Source of the DNA: the human T2T-CHM13v2.0 reference genome, Homo sapiens
Assembly (NCBI RefSeq): GCF_009914755.1
Contig: NC_060930.1
Direction: 5' to 3' (one strand)
DNA length: 64,000 bases
Made by a program: the position numbers and the translations under genes. Positions 40,900 to 57,032 of the stretch are shown one piece after another. Within the stretch, counting starts at the first letter, position 1. The number at the start of each line of letters is the position of its first letter. The notes under the pieces were generated by a model. It was given only the letters and a program-made list of their open reading frames with translations, searched no databases and was not told the DNA's origin.

Positions 40900-42200
40900 T
40901 TCTAGAAGGAGGATGGGGAATGCAGAAGGTAATGTGTAGTTTTAAACAGGGCAGTCATGGAACGCTTTAGAAGGGACAAGTTCTAATGACACCTGGGGGT
41001 CAATCCCAGCAGGACACAGAAGCAAGCGTACATCCTCTCCTGCAGGAGGCTCCTGTGTGATGTTTCACATGCTGACGGGTGTGTAGATGTGGTGGTAGCA
41101 GCCTTCCGAAGTCCCCTTTATGTTATTTCTATTCAATGACTAGGAGCAAGAACATTAGCTGTGAATGAGGCTGGAGAAGAGGTGTTGGAGGTTTGAGGAG
41201 AGAATGAAATATATAAAATAGCCATCTGTGTGCATGGCCAATTGAATGGAGTAGAGAAGTGTGGTGAAATCGCTTGTTCTGCACCAGCTACATTGGGCTG
41301 CTGAGGCCTCAGCATACGGTTGACAGAGAGCTTGATCTAGGCAGCATCTGCAAAGCACAGCAAACTAAGGGTGGGTTAAGGGAGTTCAGGGTGAGTGCAA
41401 GGGAGAGATTGTACCGACTGACCATGACTTTAAACTGGGTCAGGCAGGAGGGCAGAAATAGGAGTAAGGGGCAGGGAAGAGAAGGGAAATAATTGGATTT
41501 TCAGGATTTTATAGCGAAAGTTTCAGGGTTAGGGTTGCAGAGGGATTGAGCTAGAAAGATAAGAAATGGTAGCCTTAGAGTGGGATATATGAAGTCTGGA
41601 ATTTTGGAGTGGCTGCAATTATTTGTCAGAAACCTGGCTGGCCAGGATGCAGGTCAAGACCGTGATAGAACAGGCCAAGGAACTAGAGAGGCTGAAGCAC
41701 TGGTCCAACTATCTACACAGGCCCTGAAATGGGATAGAACAGTCTGAAAGAGGAGGCAGACACTTCGTCTCTAGTCCCAGTGTTATAAAATGGATTTTAG
41801 AGAGAAAACAACCAACACTGCTGGGGAGACAGCATCCTTAGGGAAAAGTCAGGCTTCTGTTAGAGCAAGAAGAGGTGAAAAAGGCAATCTGAGACAGGGA
41901 AGGGTATGCAAAAGAGGTTTTCCTGATGACCGACTGTGAGCAGCAGGGGCACAGTGCAATGGTTTTAGCAGTTGATGAGGTGGCAGAGATGATTTCAGAA
42001 AAGGAGATGTGTAGAGCCATTCAGGAGCCAGAATGCAAAATGAGAGGTGACCTAGTGTTTACACTTTATTGGGACTAAAGGGCATGGTGAGTTTGGTCTG
42101 GAGAGTGCTGAGGTATTGGTTGGCCATGAGTATAGGAGGAACAGTAGGCTGGGGCTCAGCTGGACCTTGAGTCCTGCAATAGAGGGAGGGCAGTCCAAGG
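40900..42200 (-). mobile_element. L2 internal fragments
   Basis: Purine-rich antisense L2-like text; boundaries uncertain. Confidence 0.45.
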
Positions 42201-43003
42201 GCAGGTGATTTTCCTCCTGGCACGAGAGCTCCCTTAAGACACTTTTCCACTGGTAAATTTGTAGTTTATTCATTTCACCACCATTTTACAGTCCATTTTC
42301 AAAAAATGCTGTGAGTATTCACTCATTCTACTTATTCAGGATTGTTGTGTTGTTGTTCTTTTTTGTTGTCTTTTACAAATACTGCTGCCATGAACATTCT
42401 CATAAACATAAGTATAGTTTCTTATTGAGAAAGACAATAATCATGGATAAGGGATTCTCTAGGGAACATGCCTAGGAATGCAATCGCTTGGCCACAGAAT
42501 ATGTACATTTTTATTTTATTTTTATTTTTCAGAAGTAAAGAGTAAAAACATTGAATGATCTCATATAACAAAGTATCTGGAGGAAACAGCTCCTTGATTT
42601 CTTCAGGGACCCATATCTTTTGCATCTTTCTGCTGTAGCATCCTTGGAATATTGTCTTGTTGCTTCATGGTTGGAACATGGTGCCCATTGTTCTAGGCAT
42701 CCTTTCACCATCTATCTGGACAAGAAGAAGGAAGAAAGGAATTGACATGTGCATCTGCATTTAGCAGGCATCATTAGTATAAAGCTGTTTGACAAATATT
42801 AATTGAACCATCATTTGGGTGGCAATGTGTCAGGCTATGGAATTTAATAATTAGTCAAAAATGTACAATTTGGACTCTTTAGCAAATCTTACAGGTCCAA
42901 ATACAAGACTTCTTCCTAGAAATTTATTTTACATGTCTGATTACGCAGAGAAGGGTCATTCCCCAACTCCAGCACACTCTTAACAATTCTTGTGTTCTGA
43001 CTC

Positions 43004-43161
43004 TGAGGAGGGAAAGGATCAGGAAAAATAACTAATGGATACTGGGCTTAATACCTGGGTGATGAAAGAATCTATACAACAGACTCCCATGACACAAGTT
43101 TACCTATGTAACAAACCTGCACATGTACCCTTGAACTTAAAATAAAAGTTAAATTTAAAAA
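43004..43161 (+). mobile_element. L1PA13-16-type 3' terminal fragment
   Basis: gaggagggaaaggatcaggaaaaataactaatgg...gtaacaaacctgcacatgtacccttgaacttaaaataaaag. Confidence 0.88.
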
Positions 43162-43884
43162 GTATGCATTTTTATATATGCAGCTTTACTAGGCAATGGT
43201 AAATGGTTTCCAAAGTGTATCCATTTACACTCAAACTAGCAGGAATGAGACTTCCCATCCCTCCATATCCTCACCAACACTTCACAGTACCAGAATTTTT
43301 TTGTCATCTAGTAACATAAAGATGTTTTATTAGTGTTCTATTTGCACCCCTGTGATTATTAATGAAATTGAGCATTTTTAATTTGTTTTATTGGCTATTC
43401 AGTTATACTCTTCTGTTGTTACTATATATTTCCTGCTTTTCTGTGGGGTTGTTTTTCTTTTTCTTGTTGATCTGTTGGAGTACTAATATGTTTTGAATAC
43501 TAATTTTTATTGATTATGCTTGTATATATCTATTTGGAGTTTATGGCTTACCTTTTAATTTTTTAAATGGCATCTCTTGATGAGCAATCATTGTTAATGT
43601 GGACAAATTTATCAATTTTTATACTTTATGGTGTGTCCTTTTAGCTATCTTTCTTAAGAAATCGTTGTCTATCCCAAAATAATAAAGATTTTTTTCTGCA
43701 TTTTTGTTAATTTTCATATGGTTTGGCCTCTAATATTTCTTTTAATCACACAGAATTGAATTTCATATATGGTGTGAGACAGAGATACAGTTTTTCTTTT
43801 TGCATGAATATGCAGTTGTCCCGCACCATATATCGAAAACTACCTTCCCCATTCATCAGCAATGTCACCTTTCCCATATGATCA

Positions 43885-44440
43885 AGTTTATGCAATCACT
43901 CAAGAAATATTTATTGAACACCTGTTCTGTACCATGTACTATTAATCTAACAAGGAACAAAACAAACAATGATTCCTCATGGAGCTTATAATTCAGCTCA
44001 GGTAGGAAGGTAATAAACAATAAGCATTACAGATGCATTCTATGGTACATTAGAAAGGAATGAATACTATGGAAAAAAGAGAAAGTGAATGAATACTATG
44101 AATATTGTGGAAAAAAAGATCTGGATAAGGGGGTTTGGAGTTCTTGGTGGGGAGACCGTTATTTTAAATGGGGTGGTTGTGGTAGGTCGCATTAAGAAAG
44201 GGAGACCGAGACACTTAAAAGAGATGAGGTAATGAAACAGACATCTGGAAGAACACTCCAGGCAGACACAACACCTAGAGCAAGTTCCCTCCACTGGGAA
44301 TTTGCCTGATATGTTCAAGGGAAGCCAGTGTGGTTAGTGCAGAGTAAACTGTGGTGAAAATAGATGAGGAGATCAGAGAAGAGGGGTGGGGGGCAGAGTA
44401 GGTAAGGCTGTGCTGGCCGCTGTATGACTCTTTTTAGGAC
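43885..44440 (-). mobile_element. L2a 3' region
   Basis: cactcaagaaatatttattgaacacctgttctgtacca...ctcatggagcttata...gaagccagtgtggtt. Confidence 0.8.
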
Positions 44441-46145
44441 ACTTATTCTTTCTTTTTTCTTTTCATTGACTATATGCGCCTGTTGGAACTAATTCTGTTG
44501 TAAATTGAAAGACATTGATCCAATTTTATTCTACCTGGATGGCTAACCAGATGTCCCAACACCAGTTAATGAATCGTCCATGTTTCCCCACTGATTTGAG
44601 GTCTAACTTTGTGATTTATTGAATATGCAAAATTATTTGAACTATAACTAGATCCCTGCTCCAGTGACCTTATGTTATACCTGTACACACTGATTTTTTT
44701 TTTGGAGATTTCCTGACTAATTTTTTAAAATAATTCAGTGTAAACTACAGAATCATCTTCTCAATTTCTAAAAAGAAAAACCTAGTTGTATTTTTATTGC
44801 GATAGTATTATGTTTATAAATTAATTTTGCAAAATTAACCATTTTGTGATGTGTAATGATGTGCAATCCTTCTATCACAAAATAGTGTGTTTTCTAATTT
44901 TTAAGTCTTGTTTATACTTTAAATCATATTTCAAAACTTCTTCAAATAGATCTTGTACATTTATTACATTTTTCCCATGTACTTTATTTTTTGTTACTAT
45001 AATTGAGTCTCTTATCAATATCTCCTAATTGATCAGCACTTTTGTATATGAAAACTATAGATTTTTGCATGTTAATTTTGCATGCTAGTACCTTACTAAG
45101 TTTCTATGTTACTTACCAATTTTCAGGTGGTTTTCTCTGAGTAAATGATCATGTAATCTTCAAAGACTTACTGTTTTATCTCATCATTCCCCAATGTTTT
45201 AACCTCATTTTTTTTCTCTTACCTAATTGTACTGGCTAGTGCCTCCAATAAGAATATTTTTAAAATGTTAAATAGTACAGCAATAGAGGACATCCATATC
45301 TTCTTCTTGCCTTTAGTAGAAGTGTGTTGTATTTTCCCGCATGGTTCTGAGATTGGAGCTTTACATTTGACTTTCTTGGTAGATTTTTCTTTATTTCTTC
45401 ATTTTCAATCTCTCTGGGTCACTTTGTTTTTAGCACAGACGTGTTTTTCTTTATGATCAAAACTGAAAGTTTATTTAGTCTTTTTATATTTATTAATAGC
45501 TGAGATGTTGGTCCAGGTTCTGTGAAATTATTTTGTAATGTTTTCTATTTTTATCTTTCTCTGTGTGCTCAGTTTTCTTTGTTCATGTGTATTTGAAAGA
45601 GTATGTACACTGTTTATTTTGTTTTTATGGTTATCTTTATAACGGTATATCACCTATAGCCCTTATTTTTTATGATAGCTATTAATTCCCTAATATGACT
45701 AATGAACATAATTAATATACTTTCTCTTCTTCCCTTTCTACAGTACCACCTGATTTTAGTCAATAATATCATATTTCATAGTGCTTACCTTTGTCTGGTT
45801 AAATATAGTTCCATGCTCTAAATCCTGTCCTTTGCCTCCCAATGATAATAGATGAAGCAAAAAAAAAAAGGATACCTCACATGTTTTTCTCATCTCTCTC
45901 TCGATTTGTGTTAGTTGTGTCATCTGCATATGATATGTGTTATTGACATTCTGTACTATCATCCTGAAGCCAATGCTAAATGATGAGTTGTGTAGTTATT
46001 TATGTGAATGCTTGACACAGTCCTTTCAAAGACATTGCCCCAGTCCTTTCCTGAGAGTCTCAAGCTTGTCTCCAAAGAGTTTCCTCAAGAGTGGTTCATA
46101 GCAACAATTATCTTTGAACTTTTGAATTTCAAAAACTATTTATCT

Positions 46146-46457
46146 GGCTGGGCACAGTGGCTCACGCCTGTAATCCCAGCACTTTGGGAAGCCAAGGCAG
46201 GCAGATCAACTGAGGTCAGGAGTTCGAGACCAGACTGGCCAACATGGCGACCCCCCGTCTCTACTAAAAATACAAAAATTAACCAGGTGTGGCACATGCC
46301 TGTAATCCCAGCTACTGGGGAGGCTGAGGCAGGAGGATCACTTGAACCCTAAGAGGCAGAGGTTACAGTGAGCCGAGATCATTCCACTGCACTGGGTGAC
46401 AGAGCAAGACTCCATCTCAAAAACCAAACCAAACAAAAAAAACAACAACAACAGAAA
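46146..46457 (+). mobile_element. AluS (Sx/Sz-like) with (CAA)n tail
   Basis: Alu dimer with a 7-bp deletion in the right arm; TSD core CTATTTATCT ends at 46145 and at 46472. Confidence 0.93.
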
Positions 46458-49400
46458 AAAACCTATTTATCTGTAGATTTTATACCTAAAGGGCACTTTT
46501 CCTGGAAATATATACCTTGGCAAACCTTTTCTTATGAATCTTGCAGGTGCTTATCTATTGTCTTCTGGGATGAGACATTGAACTGGAAACACGAAGTCAA
46601 CCTGACTCTTACAAGTGACTTGATAGTTTTAAATAACTACACAAAAGACTTTTAAATAAATTTTTGATAAGTTCACTAATATATGTCATTGGGCAATGTT
46701 TGCTTTAATTTTTCCTGGCCCACAGGTAATAATTTCTTCAGCAATAAATAAGTAGCTCTTGTATTTCAAAACATTTTTATAACCACATTTAAAAATATTT
46801 GTTTTTTTCTCATTGTTTTGAATTTTTTTGGGGGGGACTTCAATTATGATAAGGTAGCACTCCCTTGCCAGACTTTACGTCTCTTTCACATTATTCATTT
46901 TTCTCATTTCTGTCCTTTCTCTCCTCTTTGTATTTTTGCAATGCTATTTTTCCCTTTTACTTCTTCCAGTTTCATTTTTATATATTGAGTTTCTTATTTC
47001 TACTTGCTTTCCGAATTCTGGTGCCTTATGCTTCATCTTCTCCTATTACATCACCATTTCTTCCCTGTCATAATTCTTGGTCTCCTTTCATGTAAGTGAG
47101 GGATTCACCAAGTTTTAAAAATTCCTGGCAAGCTATTTGGTCATAGTGTTTAACTCTGTATGGTATTTTTCATCAATTAGTAAGTTTTGCTGCTCTTTTA
47201 AATATTGTTTTTCTTATAGTAACTTTGATATTGTGCTAGGTCCCACTTTAATACTTACTGCTGAATTGAATTGATTTTTCCTAAATGCTTATTTAAAGTG
47301 GGCTTCTGGGTCTAGGCTTCTTGATCCAACCTTTTCCCTCTCTATTCTGTCGGAAAGAATGATGGTTGCAAGTGTCATTTGTTTATGTATTTATTTGTGT
47401 TTGTGGGTCCCTCTTCTGCCTCTTTGATCCACAAATGGATGTGAAGGGACTTTTACTGGGAGCCTTATTTATACTCATTTTTGCAAACAAGAAACAAATG
47501 TTGTCCCTCATGAGTTCTCCCTCACCAGAAATACATTTTTTTCTGGTGTTTTCTAGAATCCCTCAATGATCTCCATCACTCACCATATTTCCTCTCTCTC
47601 CTTCCTCCCACATAGCTTGTGCCTTATGTTAGCTGCTTTTGGTGGTCAGTTTTTCTCCTAATTTTACAGCAAGTGAGGCTTATGGTTCCTTTTTATTTTT
47701 ATTCATCTTATTTCATTCATATGATTTCCAAAATAAGAAGAAGAAAGGAGAAATGTTCACACTAGAAATTATATTAACTTTTGAGATTTAGTACTTGTTA
47801 GGTACCAAGGCACTAAAGGAGGCTGTGAAGTGGGGCATTTGCTCAACACCTCCTCTATTTCCTTTTGAAAGTGAAAGCTTCTTGTCTGTGGTTACTCATA
47901 TGTCATCGTATATTTAAAAATCAAAAATACAGTAACATATTTCAAAGGAAAGATGTATTAGGAAACCCCTCACTGAGTCAGATTGTGTGTGTGTGTTGTG
48001 TGAATTACTTATACAAGTATATGGAATGCCTATATAAAATTTTAGTATCTAACATATTTCAAATTCTGCTTACCAATTCTATTCAAATCATGTAATCGTA
48101 TGCATGCATCAAAGTAAATAACGCTATGCAAAAAAGAATAACTTCTGAATGTAAAGAAAGCTATTAACAAAGCTTCTGGATTGGTGAATTGCGAGTGTCT
48201 GGCTGTTACTGGGTAGATAAATGGCCAAGTCAGACTTGTTGATGGAGAGTGGTCAGGAGTTCAATCTGCATGTGGATTAGTTGGCTTTATTTTGGAAACA
48301 AGCTGACCAAACTTCAGCCAGCTTTCACAAATGAAGATTTTGGCTCAGGGAAAAAAATGCATATTTACTAAAAAATAATAAAATGTAAATGAAAATAAAA
48401 ATACTTTGCATCTGAATAGTGAAAGATGCATTACTATCTTTATTTAGGGCAGACAACATGCTGTTTAGGTACATGTTCATCTTTTCTCCTTTTATATTCT
48501 TAATATTTCTTTCATGGTCGAATAGACTGTGGTGGAAACTGTGGTGGAAAAAACCTAGGTTGATAGGACTCCAATCTAGTGTTTCTTATTAAATTATCTT
48601 CCAGTTAAGTTGTAGTAAGTGTGCTTTATGTGTGTGATATATATTTCGTACATTTCTTGCTTTCTTTATTATTGGAGTTTCTAAATCATAATCAGAGTAT
48701 TTCATAGCTCTGTAAATTGTGTTAACTTCCTAAGTATTTTATTTTAGAGGGAGCCAGTGCAATGATGGGAAAGTGGGACCCTTTTTTTTTTCTTACTACT
48801 ATAAATATCTTTTATTGTAGACAGTTCTAAGAATTGTTTTCTATTAAATAGCTATAGTTTTTTCTTCTGGAGAATTTCAGTTTGCATCATTAGACACAAG
48901 GATTTTCAAATTTTCTATTAAAATATTCATGATATGTAAGATGTGAATGGTAATAGTCTCTTAATAGATACAAAAATAACATTTTTTACTCTAATTATTC
49001 AGTAAGAAATAACTCTTGCAAGACACAGAAGATATATGTTTAGATATAAACTGTTTACCACCTTTCAACATTAAAGGTATTAGGAGAGTAGAATATATTT
49101 TACACTCTTGCCCATTTATATTCTCCTTTCACATTTGGCTCACTCATTCCTTTGGCCTTAGAGTTAGGTGTGACAGTGTATTAGCTAAGCTGTCTCAGTC
49201 ATTCAGGCCTTTTATCAGTTCTACAAGACAGATGCTAAATAGCATAGTCTAAATTGAAGTCTCTGATGACTCTCGGAGACAAGTTGAAGGCAAGAACTGC
49301 ACTTGGGCACTTAAATATGTGGCCTTTTTCTATATTTAACTGCAAGAAGAAGGCAGCTTTTAAGTAAACTTTTTAGCCTTTAACTGTCAAGAATTTTTTT

Positions 49401-49943
49401 AATCATTTGATTGTTGCATCTCATTTTGTTAAGAAAGGCTATTAACCTTTTCTTTTTCTCCTACAATGGAGAATTTTAAAGATCACTGCTGCCTATTATT
49501 TTAAACAAAAATAATTTAAAACAAATTTTGTTGTTTAACCATTGCTTTCAGGACAATTGTAGACTATAGAGACATTTTTGAAATGAAATATTGCTTCCAA
49601 ATGTGCCACAGTTTATCTATAAATTTTGAATGACATACTCACAATTTACTTAGCAATCTTTGGGACCTCCTTATGTCATACAGTTATTACAGAAGCATTT
49701 TTAAAATCAAGTGGACCTGAAAGAATCTGGTATCTATGAAATGGAGATAGATGTTAAGTAATAGAGCTGAAGAAAATATGCTTTGAAATGTCGACTGGGA
49801 TATGTTTCCATAGCCTGTTTGAATTTCAGTTCACCAAGAGGAAAACAAGGAGTTGATGTGTTCTTTGCAGTTCCTCTTAGCTCCAAAAGTGTGTGAATGC
49901 TCTGATAATATTGTATGTCCTCAGTATGTGTTGAATTAATACA

Positions 49944-50009
49944 TTGAAGTTTTCCCTGCCAGCCCTTGTTGCCTGTAGTGCCTTATTTTTAAAGACTCCG
50001 TAGGATGCT
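49944..50009 (+). repeat. Copy 1 of a 66-bp dispersed direct repeat (partner 53888-53953)
   Basis: 62/66 identical by manual alignment. Confidence 0.92.
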
Positions 50010-50279
50010 CACTCAACATGTTAAGTTAGAAAGGTGTAGAAGGAATCGTAGAGGTCAGCCAGGAACATTTTACAGGAGGCTGAGGCTGCAAGGGTCCAAT
50101 CCCCACACCTGGCAGTTCCTCCACGTGCGCTGAGCCGTCTTCTGAACTGCCTGCGTCTTCGTGGACCTCCTTAAATCTTTCTGGAAACAAGGCCGCTTAC
50201 AATGTGTGGTCAAGCTGAAAAACCAGCTGTAGTACCAAACTGTGCTAAATCTTTTAGCTGAAATATTTGTCAATTTTCT

Positions 50280-50559
50280 TTTTTTTTGAGGCAGAGTCTC
50301 GCTCTGTTGCCCAGGCTGGGGGATATCTTGCCTCACTGCAACTCCACTTCCTGAGTTCAAGCAATTCTCCTGCCTCAGCCTCCCGAGTAGCTGGGATTAC
50401 ATGTGTGTACCACCATGCCCGGCTAATTTTTGTATTTTTAGTAGACATGGGGTTTCACCATGTTGGCCAGGCTGGTCTCAAACTCCTGACCTCAGGTGAT
50501 CCGCCCCCCTTGGCCTCCCAAAATGCTGGGATTATAGGCGTAAGCCACCATGCCTGGCT
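50280..50559 (-). mobile_element. AluS (Sx-like), antisense
   Basis: Alu dimer; TSD AATTTTCT at 50272-50279 and 50560-50567. Confidence 0.92.
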
Positions 50560-51789
50560 AATTTTCTACATATTACTATCTTATACTGATAGCATTGCAT
50601 CTTTCTCATAGCACCGATTAGAAAAAAAAATGCATCATAAGTTATTTGTTTTTCTGTGATCATCAAAAGGCAATGGTAATTTAAATGTAATTTATTATAA
50701 TATGCACATGTTAATTTTGGTTTTTATTTATGTTCATCATATTTAAACTAGTCTCTGCAAGTACTTTAGACTAATTTAGATTATTTCCTTTAAGTCTAAC
50801 AGAAACCTTAGATTTTCAACCAGATTTTTCATTTGGACAAATGAATTTCAAAACAGGAAATATGAATTTTATTGCAAGAGATTTCACCTAGAAAGTGTAT
50901 TGATCTCATCAATAGTGAATTTTTGGTTATAAGATTGTAGTAATAATTAATAACTACTTAAATTTATAAAATTTATAGAAAATTCAGACAAATTAATTCT
51001 GATTTAACTGTTAACTACAAAAGTTGTAAATGGACAAATACAGGGAATAGCAAACATAATTTTCTAATAATTATTTCTAATTAAAATTGTACAGAATTCA
51101 GGTTCATAGGAAATTATAATACGTTTTTGTCTGGATCCACTGAAACCTGTAGGTACTCTGTAAAGGCTAAGTAACATTTTCTAATGAAAAGGAACAATGC
51201 CTTCAGATCGAAGAGGTTTATCTTCTGAGTTTGCAGAATTCTATATATTTTTTGTGACATTTCTCATATTCTTATTTCAAGTGCAGATTGTGGGTGGTAT
51301 TTTTATCTCTTCTCCTAATAATATATATCTTGGAGCTAATGTATTTGAGTTGTATTTTTCCCCGCTCGTACTAAACCTAGTAACTTGTGAAAATTAAGTA
51401 GTCAATATATTTTTAATGAATAAATGATATAGGTAAAAGTCTAATTTAGAGCTATTTTCTTAACTCTGTTTCTAGTAAATAATTTAGTTTATGTGACCAT
51501 AGATCCCCAAATTCATATTTATGAGCTCCTAACATTGAAAAACTTACTCTGCACTTTACATGTTTCTCTGGCCATTTTATGTAAGTGCATTGGTTATACA
51601 TATAGCTTGTTTTCTAAAATCCACTGCGGTTCCATAAGTGGTTATATAATTTATGAATTCCAGTGTAATAGTCCATTAATTTACCTCTCTTTTCCTATTT
51701 CCAGTTACCATTGGTTTTGACCTCCTTCAGCAATCACACCTTGCTAACATCTCAGATCTTGACATCCCACAGGGTAGAAAGGCTCCTAT

Positions 51790-52690
51790 AGAATACAGAT
51801 CCTTCTTCATATTTCTCACCCATTCCTCAGTGCACTACAGTCTGGCTTCCACCTCATCATGTCACTACTGCTTTTAGATTTTCAGATGGATACTTTCAGT
51901 CCTCCTCTTAATGATCTCCCTTTATTATTAAAAAACAAAAACAAAAAAAATGGTCTCTCTCACTTGTTGAATTTTATGGTATCATCCCTTTTCCATTTTC
52001 TTGCTACTATTCTGACTATTCTTTCTATTCTCCTATAGAATCCTCTTGTTGTTAAATATTCAGGTACTGTCTTGGGGCCTCAGCCTTTTTCTCACTATAC
52101 ACTCTCTCTTTGGGAAAAGTTGCCCGTTTCCATAGATTGAACCTACCACTTGGTCACAGCCAAACATAACCAACAGCTTAGACCTCTCTAATAAGGACTC
52201 TTCAGATGTCCAGTTGTTCAGTGACCCCCCAAGTTGTTTACCCCACAGGTATTGCAAGCTTAATGTGAAGAAGGATCAAACCCCACTTCACAGTAGGGAT
52301 GTGGTTTGTTAGGAAAGGTTTGTGCTGAGTCTTGAAGGTGATTAATGGTTATTCAGGAGAAAAGGAAGGAGAAAAGAAAAGAGTGAGGGCACGAGGGAGA
52401 ATTACAGGCTGATGGAAAATCATGGAGACCAAGGAGGAGCAGGATATATTTGAGACTGCCAGCATTTTGGTGTGACTAATGCTTGAAGGGCCTGTGCAGG
52501 AACAACCTGAGAGACTGACAGTCAGCTTGCAAATGTCTTTGTGTAGTGTGTCAATGGGAAATCATTGATGGATTTTAAGTAGATGAGAGATATGATTTAA
52601 TTAGTCTATTAGAATATTCATTGTGCAGCACACAGAGGAATCAACTAGAAAAAGCAAAGCTGGAGGCAAAAAGAGCAAATAAAGAAAAGA
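51790..52690. mobile_element. L2 fragments in opposite orientations (+ ~51790-52270, - ~52300-52690)
   Basis: cactacagtctggcttccacc, tcaggtactgtcttggggcct; caatgggaaatcattgatggattttaagtag. Confidence 0.6.
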
Positions 52691-53887
52691 CAGAGACTTT
52701 CTTACACAAAATTTAAAACTTTTAAATGCTAAATAAATAAAATGGGAAACAAAGATGATAAGATATTTTCAGTCAATACAACCAGTATTTAATATATTCC
52801 AGTATAAAGATCTCATACAAATTAACATTAATGAGGAAAAGACATGAACACGCATTCACAATGCATGCATATTGTATTTATACAAAATGAGAAAATGCTC
52901 ATCCTCCTTTGTTAAATGTAGTAATCTAAATTGAACAGGAAGACTCATCTATTTTTTAATTAGAAAATAATATTATCAAGATCATAAAATATACAAAAAA
53001 TTTACCTCATTATCTCACTTTGGAGACTCTGTCTGAAGGAAATAATATAAAACATCATATGCCTGGAATATTTATACAATGTAATTACAATAGGCAAAAA
53101 ATTGAAATAATATAAATTCCAAATATAATGGCAAATAGTAGGTGGAATATTACTTAGCTATTAAATACAAAATTTTGATAGAAATGGCAACATCGAAACA
53201 TATTAAACTAAGTTTAAAAGTACACTAAATGGAAAGGACATAAAAATGTAAAAATATGGTATCTGCAGTGCTATGTTTTTGAAAAGTTTAAAGGGAAAAG
53301 CACAAAGTTATTAATAGGTGGTAGGATTACAAGTGATTTAATAAGATTTTCTTGCAAGCTTTCTACAGTTTCTTATTATTTATATGATTTAAACAAATAG
53401 ACAATTTGTAACTTTGTAGTCTTGAAATCTAAATTCCATCTCTGCCTGTAGCTCTCCTCATCCAATCGGTCAGGTGCCCCGAATAATCCTTTAGATTTTT
53501 GCTTGAATTTAATAATCTAGGACAGTGACTGAGGGACATGTCCTGTAGAGACAAAGAGATTGGGGGTTAAAGTCTTTTTCTGACTGTGTGCTGACATGGT
53601 GATTTCCAGCCGGTTATTTTCTCTCTTCAATTTCCTTGTCTGTGAAATAATTTTCATACGGTTTTGTTGCAAATTGATACCAGTAATGTTCATAAAGCAA
53701 TGAACACAGTATGAGGGGTTTTGTTCTTATTCTTGATGCCACCTTAATTTAAGGCTTTTGCCATCCCATGCTTGGACCACTGCATTGAAATGCAGACCAT
53801 TCACCTTGACTCTATATTCTCCTGACCTCAGGCCATTCTGTTAGACCTTGACTGAAAACCCTTCGGGAAGTTGATGGCTCAAATCAC

Positions 53888-53953
53888 TTGAAGTTTTCCC
53901 TGCCAGCCATTGTTGCCTATAGTGCCTTATTTTTAAAGACTCTATAGGATGCT
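53888..53953 (+). repeat. Copy 2 of the 66-bp dispersed direct repeat
   Basis: ttgaagttttccctgccagccattgttgcctatagtgccttatttttaaagactctataggatgct. Confidence 0.92.
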
Positions 53954-53982
53954 TACCAATATATTGAATATTTATTGAAATA

Positions 53983-54325
53983 CAGTCATGTATTCCTTAA
54001 ATGTGGGGATCCATTCATGCGTTGTTAGGCAATTTCATCATTGCATGAACATCATACAGTGTACTTACACAAACTTAGATGGTATTGCCTACTACACACC
54101 TAGACTATGTGGTGTAGCCTATTGCTCCTGGGCTTCAGACCTGTACAAGATGTTACTGTATTGAATGCTGTAGGTAAATGTAAGAAGATGGTAAGTACTT
54201 GTGTATCTTAAACATATCTAAAGATAGAAAAGGTATGGTAAAAATATGGTGTTATAATCTTCTGGGACTACAATGGTATATGTGGTCCGTTGTTTACTGA
54301 AACATTGTTCTGCAACACATGACTA
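53983..54325 (+). mobile_element. Tigger3a (MER7A-type) TcMar element
   Basis: TA|CAGTCATG...CATGACTA|TA termini; internal gtacttacacaaacttagatggtattgcctactacacacctag. Confidence 0.88.
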
Positions 54326-54331
54326 TATATA

Positions 54332-57032
<2,701 letters not shown>

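Larger units (their letters stand above)
43165..47300 (-). mobile_element. Degraded L1ME/L1M fragments interrupted by L2 (~43885-44440) and an Alu
   Basis: ccatttacactcaaactagcagg, catatcctcaccaacact, tatatggtgtgagacagag motifs. Confidence 0.6.
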
